Part shown: positions 25,461-37,500 of the stretch, piece after piece | Position numbering within the stretch: the stretch's first letter is position 1 | Layout: the number at the start of each line of letters is the position of its first letter | Assembly (NCBI GenBank): GCA_965112735.1 | Contig: OZ218954.1 | Span: 310,001 to 374,000, forward strand | Direction: 5' to 3' | Length of the DNA stretch: 64,000 bases | Source of the DNA: Phaeosaccion multiseriatum | Lineage: Eukaryota; Protista; Ochrophyta, other classes | Notes under the pieces: generated by a model | What the model was told of the DNA's origin: nothing | Databases searched by the model: none | Seen by the model: only the letters and a program-made list of their open reading frames with translations | Translations under genes and position numbers: made by a program

Positions 25461-28276
25461 TCATTCCTTGGCTAACACGTACACGTTACCCGTTGACTTG
25501 TCCGTGGCTCTCGCCGTGAGCACTCGAAAGTCGTAGTCAAGATAGCTGATGGTCCATATGCCTGCCCGCCCGTCAGGGAAGGGGCGCTTCACCGGTTGCC
25601 ATCCAAAGATCGAGAAGCCCACCTTTGATATGGTTGTGATGGTGGTAAGTCAGTGATCGAGGTAAGTCAGTGAGTGAGTGATGTAATTGATTGATATGGT
25701 CGTTTCGATGCCGGGGGGGACTTCTTTCTCTCTCTCTCTCTCTCTGTGTGTGTGCGTGTGCGAGTAAACACAAATATATACATACCGTATATAATACTAC
25801 TTCGTAGTACTTCGTAGTATCAAAGCACAAAATAAACACGAGTCACTCACCGTGAGGAAGATGACTCTCCACTGATTGCGATTCATCACCTCCCAGCTCG
25901 CCGCCAGCTCCCCCACCAACGGCCCGACCGTTACTTTGTTGACATACATGACGGACCCCACATCCACTTCTTGGGTCACTTGCCCCACGAAGGGACCCAC
26001 TTTCCCCGCACTCGACCCCTTTTGTGTGGTGAAAAGGAGCGTCCATTTGCCGCTGGAGAGGTCCGATTTGGCGGGATTTGGAGTAGGGTTGAGCTTGACG
26101 AGGTTGTTCAACGCACCGAGGATATCTGCCACCTGTGAGTGTGTGGGGAGGAGGTGGAGGCGGTGGGTGTGTGGTAGTCGGTGAAGAAGGTGTAGGTGGG
26201 TGGGTTGGTGATACAGACGGACGCGGAGAAAGAAGGGAGGAAGGGAGGGGAGGGCACCCAGGCACCGAGTGGGTTCGAACAAGGGCACCACGACCATCCA
26301 TCCATGCCCTGTATGGACCAATCACGTCACACTATCTTGTGAGCCGCCCTTGCCCTGTTCAGCAGAAGAGCCCGAGTCAAGTCAACAATCGACTGTGGAT
26401 GGTTGGGATACCTTTGTCCTTGAAAGCTGCCCCCATCTATCCCATCTTTCCTTTGTCTGTTTTTCAAAGCTGCCCCTCATCTATCTATCCGTCTTATCTC
26501 CCTGCCTAGTCAACTGACACTGCATCATGACAAGCCTACACTGGAAACTGACCTCTTCGTCTGTGGCCTTGATGCCGTTGTCGGTGTTTTTGGCGGTATT
26601 ACGAATGAGCGTTTTGAGCTCGAGCCTCTTCTCCAGGATGGCAGCAGACGACAAGCGTTTGTTGCTCTTGCCCTTCCCATCCTTACCCGTAGCACCACCT
26701 GGAGACCGAAGAATGGGACAAAGAGGAGGAGGAGGAGGAGGAGGAGGAAGGGTAGTAGCAGTAGTAGTAGTAGTAGTAGTAGTCGTAGTAGTAGTAGTAG
26801 TTGTTGTTGTTGTTGTAGTACGAGGAGGAGGAGGAGGAGGAGGAGGAGGAGGAGGAGGAAGAGACGGATAGAGTAGACAGTATGAGGGTTGGGGAACACG
26901 ACAAGACGGGCCAAGTACTCCCTCCCTACACTCCTTCCCTGCTCTCCCTTGCCTCACCTCCTCCCTCCTTCCCTCCCTCCCTCCCTCCCTGCCTCCCTCC
27001 CTCTCTCCCTCCCTTCCTCCCTCCATCCCTCCTTCCCTCCCAACTCACTCAGTCACTCGCGCCCTCACTCGCCACCCCTCTTTCTTCCTTGCCCCCCCTT
27101 CCTGCCTCCCCTCCTCTCTCCTAACCCACTCCTTGGCGCGCTCACTCACTCAGCACCCCTCCCTCTCTCCCTCCCTCTCCCTCCCTCCATCCCTGCCCTC
27201 CTCTCCCTCCATCCCTGCCCTCCTCTCCCTCCCTCCCTCCCCTCCCTCCCTCCCTCCCTCCCTGCCCTCCTCTCCCTCCATCCCTCCCTGCCCTCCTCTC
27301 CACCCCTCCCTCTCTGCCCTCCTCTCCACCCCTCCCTCTCTGCCCTCCTCTTCTCCCTCCCTCCCTGCCCTCCCTCTCCACCCCTCCCTCCCTGCCCTCC
27401 TCTTCTCCCTCCCTCCCTGCCCTCCCTCTCCACCCCTCCCTCCCTGCCCTCCTCTCCCTCCCTCCCTCCCTGCCCTCCTCTCCAGCCCTCCCTCTCCAGC
27501 CGTCCCTCCCTGCCCTCCTCTCCAGCCCTCCTCTCCACCCCTCCGTCCTGCCCTCCTCTCTTCCCTCTGCATCACCGAGGCCCTCACTCACCACTCCTCT
27601 TCCTTCTCTTTTCCAACCAACTGCCCAACACGGAGCCTCCGAAGAGGGGCCTGGTTACAAGGCTTGGGCCGCCACCACGACCGCTGCTACTGCTCCTGCT
27701 ACTGTAACTCCTGCGAGACGACACTGTTATTGGCTCCGGCTGCTGCGCTGGTGCGAAGATGCCCCCCTCCACCCTCCTTTGTCGCTGCCTTCCAAAAACG
27801 CCACTTTCTCCTCCTCCCCCTCCCCCTCCTCCTCCGTTGCTGCTGGTGCCACCGCTGCAGCGGCTATTGTAGCAGGACACCTTTATTCGCTCCGACTGCT
27901 GCTGCGGTGGGCCGAACGTGCATCCCCTCCCACCCCTCTTGTGGTGCCTTTGTGTTTGCAGTCTCCTTTCAAATTGTTTCCTTCCAGTGATGCCTCCTGC
28001 CCAGCCATTGCAGCTGCTCCTTCTGTTGCTCCATCTGCTGCTACCCCGCCTCTGACCACCCACTGCTGCTTCTGCTCTTCCTGCTCCTCGTCCTACTCCT
28101 CCTGCTGCTGCTGCTGCTGCCCGTGCCGCTAAGGGTGGAGGCTTGCATACGAATGCTGCTGATCGCATGGTCGCAGCAGCCGCGGCGCTATTGGTCAGGA
28201 AAGACGACGCACAGAGAATACATGCCGTCGGCAGTGATAGCAGTAGCTTTATGGATCTGTGCATGTGGAGCAGCAT
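25461..28276 (-). CDS. Plastid lipid-associated protein / fibrillin family (PAP_fibrillin)
   Basis: Exons (-): 28276 (or 28264)-27592, 26698-26553, 26132-25851, 25622-25461. LVKLNPTPNPAKSDLSSGKWTLLFTT, GQVTQEVD, WTISYLDYDFRVL...GNVYVLAKE are characteristic fibrillin motifs; hydrophobic signal peptide plus long transit-like N-terminus. Confidence 0.88.
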
Positions 28277-28428
28277 TTGCAGAGAGAGCTTATACTTACT
28301 TCGCTCACCAGCACAGAGGGGGGGGGGGGTGTCAACAAATGGCGATGGATATGGGTAAATTCAATTTTTTTTTTTTCAACTCGATGCCCTTCTGAGATCG
28401 GCGCTGCTCCCTTGTTGTTCGCTCGTTC
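28277..28428. promoter_or_regulatory. Short divergent promoter region, fibrillin / FYVE-hydrolase
   Basis: About 150 bp between outward-facing ATGs; contains G and T homopolymers. Confidence 0.5.
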
Positions 28429-31400
28429 ATGTCCGTGATGTCTGCAGCGGTGCAGCAGCCCGGTGACTGCTGCCAGGACTGCGGATCTTTCTTTGGCATG
28501 TATCGCAAGAGGGGAGAATGCGACATCTGCTTCATGTGAGTGTCCCTGAAAAGGGCGGGAGAGAGAGAGAGAGAGAAAGAGAGAGCGAGGGAGAGAGGGA
28601 CACACAGAGGGAGAGAGAGAGACAGAGAGATGGTCGGAGCGTAGAGAGCTTAAAGGGCGAGAGCGAGAGGGAGTGTGTTAGAGAGAGAGAGAGTGTGAGA
28701 GGGGAGTGTGTGTGTGAGGGAGAAGAGAGAGAAGATCAGAGAATGAGTGCAGACAGGACACGATGTGGTTGCTCTGGTGAGCTCTGACGAGCTCGGGGAG
28801 GGATTGCAAGCGAGTCGTTGGAGGAGCCGGCCCGTGGGATACGGGCGATACTACGGCGAAGCATCTAGCTTCTGCTGGCCCTTCCGCTCCCCCCCCCAAT
28901 TTTGTAGCACACCTCTGGCTCCTCCTCCACTCACTCACTCACTCACTCTCTCCCTCACTCACCGTTCTTGCAACGTACCTACCTACCTTCTTCTCCTCCT
29001 CCTCCTCCTCCTCCTCCTCCTCCTCCTCCTCCTCCTCCTCCTCCTCCTCCTCCTCCTCCTCCTCCTCCTCCTCCTCCTCCTCCTCTTCCTCCTCCTCCTG
29101 CTCCTCCTCCTCCTCCTCCCACTACTCCTCCCCCTCCCCCTCTCAGACCGCTATGCAGCAGGTGCGCAGTCCCTGTAGGCAACAGGAGAGGCAAGAGAGC
29201 CTGTCAGCTCTGTGGGGCAGGGAGACGCAAAATCTCCCGCAAACCCAGCCAGTCCGCCCAGCCTCCCGCTTCTGGAGGAGGACGACGTGGAGGAGGAGGA
29301 GGAGGAGGAAGGGGAGGGGATGGCAATAGATGGCAAACCTACGAGGAGGAGCAAGATGCAGCAGCAGCCGACGCGGCAGTCGCTGATGCTCGGACTTTGA
29401 TACCTGCCCAGCTGAGCAGCCCCAGAACGGCCGACAGCATGATGGCAAGGAGGTTGAACGAAGACCGCATGAATCGCGTCACCATCCTCCCCAGCAGCGG
29501 GCAGCAGGTGTGTGGAGGTGGATCCTCTTGCTCTCTGCATGTCCATCCTCCTCCTCCTCCTCCTCCTCCTCCTCCTCCTCCTCCTCCTCCTCCTCCTCCT
29601 CCTCCTCCTCCTCCTCCTCTGTATCAAGAATGTCGATCCCTCCCATACTTGACTGTCGATGCCCTGACACCCATCCCGTATGCCGCCACACGCAGGTGTC
29701 GTGGAGTGAGTGTGGAGACCCAATCGGCCTCCCTGTCTTTGTGGTGTTGGGTCTCGGGGCCCACAGATACGTAGTGCTTACTGTGGAGGACGAGGCGAAG
29801 CGGCATGGACTGCGTCTCATATGTGTGGACCGCCCCGGCACAGGTGGGTCATGGACACTCAGGAGGGAGGGAGGGAGGGAGAGAGAGAGAGAGAGAGAGA
29901 GGGAGGGAGGGAGGGAGGGAGGGAGGGAGATGAAGGTGTGAGACAAGGAGGGAGCGGGAGGAGGGGGAGAGTGAGTTAAGCCTTTCTTTCCTTCTACCTC
30001 CCACCCTCTCTCCTCTGCCTCCTCCCTCCCTCCCGCCCTCCTCTGCCTCCCGTCCCTTCTTACTTACTCACTCTCTCACCCACTAACACCCTCTCTCACT
30101 CACTGACTTACTGCGCCCCTCCCCCCCCCTGGGCTCAGGCGGCACGCCCCTCGCGAAGGACGGTATGAGCATTGCTGCCAACAAGGTTAGTGTGAGTTTA
30201 GCTTCAGCTTCATTGTTCAGATTCAATTCCATTCCTTTCTTATAGGTGTTCGTCTTTGAAGGAGGTGATTGATTGGTTCGGGCTCAATTGTATGATATCC
30301 ACCCCCTTCCATTCCCTTCCATTCATCACCATCATGACCCTCCATCACCATCATCACCACCACCATCACCTCCATCACCACCATCACCACCATCACCACC
30401 ATCACCACCACCATCACCACCACTATCATCACCATCATCACCATCATCACCATCATCACCCTCCATCACCATCATCACCCTCCATCACCATCATCACCCT
30501 CCATCCCCACCATCACCACCACCACCACCACCACCATCACCACCATCACCACCACCACCAACACCATCCTTAGGGCAATGTCCGCAGGGCCGTTTCGCGT
30601 CGCCTTGCCGCCGTCGGAGACACCCTCGAGGAGCTCCGCGTGTTGCTTAGGCTTGGGGAGCGTGTGGGACTCATCGGACAGAGCCTGGGTGCCTCCTACG
30701 CCCTGCATGCCTGTGCCGCCTCGGAAACCGCAAAAACCTCAGAAGCGCAAACTCAATCCTCCAACGCTTGTCCCCGGGGTGGGGGGCTTGGGCAGCATGT
30801 GGTGTCACCCATTGCGCTCATCTCCCCCTGGGTACCGGCGTCCACCCCGGGGTCTCGCCCCAGCCTGAGTACGCTCTCCCGCTTGACACCGGGTAGGTAA
30901 ATGTAGTATGTATCGTTACGTAAGATGTCTTACTTCCCCCTCGCGTCTGACGTCAGGTATTCTGGTCCTCCCGCTTCTTCTGAGCCTGACCCCGACCCTT
31001 TGCATTGACACCTCACCCCTCACACCTCACACCTCACACCTCACACCTCACACCCCACACCTTCACACCTCACCCCTCACACCTCACACCTCACACCTCA
31101 CACCTCACACCTCACACCTCACACCTCACACCTCACACCTCACACCTCACACCTCACACCTCACCCCTCACCCCTCACACCTCACACCTCACACCTCACA
31201 CCTCACACTTCACCCCTCACACCTCACACTTCACCCCTCACACCCGATACCAGGTATTCTGGTGGCGGCTTGCAAAGTTGGAGACGGCTTGGCGAACCTG
31301 TTTCCGGGAGTCTTCGCCGGCGTGGGGGGAGGAGGGGAGGAGGTGGGGGAGAAGGGTGAGGGGGGCAAGGGGGGAGGAGGAGGGCCGTTTGGAGGATTTG

Positions 31401-33906
31401 GGGGGTTTCTTCAGGGTCGGGGAGGAGGAGGAGCAGGAGGAGGAGGAGCAGGAGGAGGAGGAGGAGCAGGAGGGGGAGGAGGAGGGGTAGGGATGATAGC
31501 TGTGGATGCGGAGAGTGAGACAGGTGCTGGGGTGGCGTTGGGAGGCCCGGGTACCCAAGAGCTGATGCGAAGGTGAGTCATGAGTGAGGCGATGATCAGA
31601 CTCTCCTACTGGGGACATCTCCTCCCGACTCCCCGACTCCCCCCCCCCCCCTAGCCCTCCGCTTGGTCCGCCCCTAACCCCCCTGCTTTGGTTCCCCTTC
31701 GCCCCCCTGATTTGTTCCCCCTCGCCCCCTGTTGTTCCCCCTCGCCCGCTTTCCCCTTTGCCGCAGGGTGGTGGAGGCGCAGAAGAAAGAGGGCAAGGCG
31801 GGCACAGTCGAGGACATGCTTATGGCCCTTAAGATCGACCCGGAAGCCCTCCTGCCGGTGGCTCGGGACCCTCGCTCTAGCTCTGGCTTTGGCTCTGGCC
31901 GGGGCTCAAGCTCTGACACCAGGTACTGCGGGCTTTGGCTGTGCCCTCTGCTGGCTTTGCCGTCGTATCACCAACTGCTGATCGTACTGGGCGTGTTGGT
32001 CGGGGTTAGGACGCTGGCATGTGTCCTCACCTTGCCTCCCTCGGCGTCCCCTCTCTTTCCTGACATCCTTCTCTGCCCTCACACCCTTGTCCTGACACCC
32101 TCTCTCTCTCTGATGTCCTGACACCCTCTCTGTCTCTCTCTGTCTCTCTCTGTCTCTCTCTCTCTCTCTCTGTCCTGACACCCCCTCTCTCTGTTTTGAT
32201 ACCCTCTCTCTCTCTCTACTATTCGACTGTAGGAAGTGTCAGGACAAGCGGGCGTGTGTAAAGCACAGGGTGAAGGTGTGGCACGGCCGCTGTGACACGA
32301 TTGTGCCCATTGCAGCGGCGAGGGGGTGGCTGGAGAAGGCATTTCCTCAGCCCCAGCAGGTGGGTTATTGACTTACTGGGGTGGGGTATTGACTTACTGG
32401 GGTGGGTGATTGACTTACTGGGGTGGGTGATTGACTTACTGGGGTGGGGTATTGACTTACTGTGGTGGGTTATGGACTTACTGGGGTGGGTTGCTGACTT
32501 ACTGGGGTGGGTTGCTGACTTACTGGGGTGGGTTATGGACTTACTGGGGTGGGTTATTGACTTACTGGGGTGGGTTATGGACTTACTGGGGTGGGTTTTT
32601 GACTTACTGGGATGGGTTATTGACTTACTGGGGTGGCTTATTGACTAACTGGGGTGGGTTATTAACTTACTGGGGTGGTTCATGACTTACAGAGAAGGCC
32701 CTGCCTCAGCCACAGCAGGTAGAGTGTATAGGGTGCAGCGGATAGGATGGAAAGACAGGGGGAAGATGAGGGATTGTGGGCGGATAATTACTTCGTGGGT
32801 GGGTACGACTTGCCTATGCCTCAGCCCTCCTCCCTCCCTCTCTGTATCACCAACTCGCCCAGGTGGACATTGTGGTGAAGATGCGAGGTACGCACTCCCT
32901 CCTCTTCGACGCGTCCGTCATCTCCGCCGCCTTTGGAGAGATTAGCACGGAGCTGCGCAAGGCTATGGACGAAGCGGTGGCCAGAGGAGAAGTTGGTAAT
33001 ACGGGAGCAGCGTGGTCGGCAGCAGCGTCAACAGCAGCAGCAGCAGCAGTAGCTCGTGGTACAGCAGTTGGTGATATAGGACCAAGAGGACGACGATTCC
33101 GAAGCCGATCGTTCTCACCGAGTAGAGAAAGAGAAGAGGTGAAACCCCGACGGGGCAGTGGGGGTGGTGGAAGCGGCCCCCTGGGTGGTCTGTTTGGCTT
33201 ATTTTCATCTGCCTTGTCGTCTCCGAGACACGAGTTGGCGGAACAGCAGCAGCAGCAGGGGTCGTCGCCAATGAGGAAGCGTTACGAGGGGGGGGAGGAG
33301 ACGAAGGAGGAGGGTGAGGAGGGTGAGGAGGTTGGATGGTATGGCAATGATGAGAACATCAGCAATAAGGGGAACCGCAAGCAGGAGGACAGTGAAAGTT
33401 ACAACAGTCACAACGGCCACAGAATCACAAATGGCAAGGGCAAAGATGCGGCAAGTACGCCACCCCCCCCGGGGCAGTGGATGGACTCAGGGCTCGCGCT
33501 TTCTCCTCAGAAGGGAAGGAGGGAAGGTCCAAGAGGGACAGGAACGACGACGAGGAGCACCCGTCTGGAGCACCAACAGCAGCAGGAGGAGGGAAAGTCA
33601 TATGGGCAGGAGCAGAGGAGGTCAGGGGGGGGCAACATGAGCCCAGCGACTTTGGCTGGTGAGGGTTTCCGAGTAGAGAAGGAGGAGCATCACCAATTGG
33701 GTACCCCAGGCTCCGGCAAGGGTTGGGAGAGAGCGTGGGATAGGGAGGAGGGGGAGGAGGGGGAGGAGGACGAGAGCAAGGAGGAGGAGGAGGAGGAGGA
33801 GGAGGAGGAGGAGGAGGAGAAGGAAGATCAGGGAGCCGGCTGGAACCCCTTCAAGATGGTGTGGAATGCGGCGGCATTTGTGCTCTCCTCGGCGCAGCAG
33901 GAGTGA
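28429..33906 (+). CDS. FYVE-like zinc finger fused to an alpha/beta-hydrolase, with a long disordered C-terminus
   Basis: Exons: 28429-28535, 29147-29507, 29696-29843, 30139-30186, 30574-30892, 31254-31572, 31767-31922, 32233-32359, 32863-33906. Eight-Cys finger CQDC...CDIC..PLCSRC...RACQLC; hydrolase motifs VSWSECGDPIG, LRLICVDRPGTG, nucleophile GQSLG, VWHGRCDTIVP (Asp), RGTHSLL (His). Confidence 0.85.
31008..31242. repeat. Heptamer tandem array (CACACCT)n, ~33 units, intronic
   Basis: Direct reading: cacacctcacacctcacacc... with cacccct and cacactt variants. Confidence 0.92.
32357..32690. repeat. 21-bp minisatellite (GGGTGGGTTATTGACTTACTG)n, ~16 copies, starting at a splice donor
   Basis: Direct reading; produces the WVIDLLG repeat ORF in the track. 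Confidence 0.93.
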
Positions 33907-34533
33907 GAGAGCTTATTCAGTCTTCGTAGTACTTAGTACTTAGTAAGAGAAAGGAAAGAAGGAAGTGGGGAGGGTGAGGAGTCTTTCTTCTCTATTGGTC
34001 TTCTACCTTTGATGTATGTAACACCCCCCCCCCCTTGCTGGACTTGACTCCCTTCGAATTGGCCCGACGACGGCTTTTGGAGCTCTCAGTGGCGAGCGTT
34101 GTGGTCGGAGGTGTCGATAAGATCCATTTCTTTGGAAAAATTAGAGGAAACCATCGGGGGGGGGGGGGGGGGGGCTGAATTCTCTCTCTCCGTAAACCGA
34201 CAGAAGTGATTCTCCCTCCCTGCTGCTGCGGCACGGTTACGGTACGACCGCTGTACAGCGTTAAGCGTTAACGTAGACGCCATCCACCACCAGGAGCTTG
34301 GTGCCACATTAACGTAGGCGCCATCCACCAGGAGCGTGGTGCCATGTGACCGACCTCGCTGGCCTATGTGTTGTTAGCGGTCTGTTCACGCCCTCACTGG
34401 TCCATGCCTCACGGCCTCACTCGTTAAGGCAAAAGTTCAGTTCATCCACGAGAGACTTGGCCCAATCACAGCAGCGGCGGCCTATGGAGAAGGCGTCCCT
34501 CGTTAACGGCCTATGGAATGCCTCGCTAACGGC

Positions 34534-37500
34534 CTATGGAGGAAGGCCTCCGTCGTTAACGTAGAGCTTGTCCACGAGAGACCTGGTCATCTTCACGGCC
34601 TCCTTGGGGTCGACCATGTCGAGGGGCAGCCGCTTGAATGCATCCGCCAAGCGGTGCAGCTTGGACACGTCGTGCACAGCCCGTCCCTTGCTACGCTTGT
34701 TGGTGGTATCTCCCCCAACATTTTCACCATTGGCAACGCCATCTGTGACTCCCTGCTGTCCATCCACTGCCATCGTCTCTCCGGAGCCTTGGAAGCTCTC
34801 CAGCATGGCTGCTTTACGCTTGGCGTCTCGGATGAGTTTGGCGGGAAAGCCTGCCATGGCGGCCACGTGGATGCCGAAGGACTGCAGGCAAGGGCCCTTC
34901 TTGACCTGTTGGTGATACAGCGAGGGAGAGGGGAGAGGAGGCAGGGAGAGGAGGGATACACGGGCGTTGAGGGAGTGTCAGGACAACGTCAATCGTCTCG
35001 CCCTGAGCTGAGCTTCCGACCGCGAGGCACTTCATGCAAACATGCCATTGCCATTCCCCTCCATTCCACTGCCATCTCACTGCCACTCCACTGCCATTCC
35101 ACTGCCATTTCCTTGCTATTCCACTGCCATTCCATGCAAAGACTCCTTCCTTTCCTCCCTCCACCCTGCCCATCCACTCCACCCCACCCACCCCCTAGCC
35201 CCCACCCACTGACTTACTCACCCACCCACCCACCCACTGACTTAGCTCACCTCGTACAGCATTGTGATCTTATCCATCTCCGCCACCGCACTGACGTGCC
35301 AGTTCTGCACACACCCCCTGGAGAGGGGCAGTGACGTCATCTCGTGGTAGTGGGTGGCGAAGAGGGCAAAGGCCTGTGGGACGTGGTGATACGGGTAGGA
35401 ATCACAGTTGGTGGGTCAGGTTCAGTTTCAGTTTGGTGGGGAGTCAGTCAGGCCTGACGGGGTCAGTTTCGCTCGCTGACTGAACTGACCCAATCTGACT
35501 TCTGTCATCAAAGAACAGCAGCAATGCCTCTTTCCCTCTCTCCCCCTCTTCTTCTCCCTCTCCCTCTCCCCCCCACCCCCCCTCCCTTCTCTCTCCCTCT
35601 CACTCTCTCCGTCTCTCTCTCTCTCTCCCCCTCTTCTCTCCCTCTGTCTCTTATCCCTCACGTAAGCCTCACGTAAGCCTCACGTAAGCCTCACGTAAGC
35701 AAGGCTCCCATCTTACCTGAATGTGATCCACAATGTACTCGCTAATGGCCCACGCCAAACCGAAACCGTCGAACGTCGACGTGCCCCTCCCGAGCTCGTC
35801 GATGATGAGAAGCGAGTCCTTGGTGGCCGAGGAGAGGATGGAGGAGGCCTCGAGCATCTCGCTCATGAAGGTCGATATGCCTCTTTGTTGGGCATCGCCG
35901 GCACCCACTCGCGCGAAGATGGCGTCTCTGTTAATATATGGGGACGGGGAGGGGGATGGCAGTGGTTGAGATGAGATAGATGGGATGGGCAGTGGAGGGG
36001 GGCGGCAGTGGATGGGATGGCAGCCTATGCCCATGAGATGGCAGTGGATGGGATGGGGTAGTCTATGCGATGGCAGTGGATGGGATGGCAGTGGAGGGGG
36101 TGATGTAAACGTGAGCGTAGCTAATAGTTACGTAATGATACACACCTGATGGAGATCTCTGCGGACTCGCAGGGGACGAAGGCGCCCACTTGGGCCATCA
36201 CCTGGAGTAACGGAGCGTAATGGACGTTAAAACGAGTGGGCAATGGAGTGCATAATGGAGGGTAGCGGAGCGTAATGGAGGGAAACGGAGTGGGCAAAGG
36301 AGTGCGTAATGGAGGGTAGCGGAGCGTTATGGAGGGCAACGGAGTGGGCAACGGAGTGCGTAATGGAGTGGATGATGGAGTGTAGCGGAGCGTGTCTGAG
36401 TGCAAGGAGTGTAAAGGAGGGTGACGGAGAGGAAAGGAGTCAAGTGTAACGGTTTGTAACTGAAGGGATTTCTTACCACAATGGCCCCTACGGTCCGGAT
36501 GTAGGTACTCTTGCCACCCATGTTGGGCCCCGTGATGACCAGAAAGCGCCCCTCGTCTTTAGTCATGTTGTATCTGGAAGAGGAGAGGAGAGGAGAAGGG
36601 GGGGGGGGGGGGAGGGGGAAGGAGAGGGAGGGAGGGAAGGAGGGAGGTGGAGAGGGAGAGAGTGACGGAAGGAGGGGGAGAGGGAGAGAGCCAGAGAGGG
36701 GGAACAGAGAGGGACAGACAGAGAAAGGGAGGCAGAGAAAGAGAAGAGAGGAGGAAAAGGAGTGCGGCAAACAGAGCTCGATATGAGAAGGCAAAAGGGT
36801 CAACGGACGACAAGAGAAGCCATCCACTGCCATCGTGCAAAAGGGTCAACGAAGGAAGAGAGTGGGGGGGTAGCAGCAATCGCTAGCGGAACTGCCATCC
36901 ACTGCCATCCATCCATCCATCCATCCATCCACTGCCATCGCACGAACCCGTTGGGCATGAAGGTCATCTCGTCCTGCCACTCGAGACAGGGATGGCGAGC
37001 CTGTGTGTTAAGTCAACGAAATCCACAAGGTAGCAATATTAAGTAAGTCATGTACGTAAGATAAGAAAAGGGGGCACTCGGGGTAAAGCTGAGCCCTTCT
37101 CAAGACCAGGGTGGGTGCCGTTACCTGTGACAGTTTCAATACCATGTCCCCCCGGGGTCGCATGGAGGGCCTTACGTACTCCTGCGGGGCCAGAGCGGCC
37201 ACCTCTGACGGGGGAAGGGGGGGGTGGGGGGTGTATATCATTGACTTACACGGGCATGGGAATCAACCTAAGCGTTACGTAAGTGTATGTGTGTAGTTAA
37301 TTGTGTGTGTGGTGTGTGATTACGGTCACGAGGAGCTCTCTCTCTCTCTCTAGAGAGACAAGAGAGAAGTGTTGTTAAAGGTGGTCTGAAGCTCACGAGG
37401 ACAGAGAGAGAGGGGGGGAGAGAGACAAGAGAGAAGTGTTGCTAAAGGTGGTCTGAAGCTCACGAGGACAGAGAGAGAGAGAGAGAGACAAAAGCTAGGT

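Noticed and set aside
31008-31242. (CACACCT)n / (AGGTGTG)n as an interstitial telomere
   Set aside because: Does not match TTAGGG or TTTAGGG-type repeats; more simply a CA-derived minisatellite. The telomere unit of this organism is unknown to me.
32357-32690. Regular 21-bp array that might look CRISPR-like
   Set aside because: Head-to-tail repeats with no unique spacers, no cas genes, and it lies inside a eukaryotic intron.
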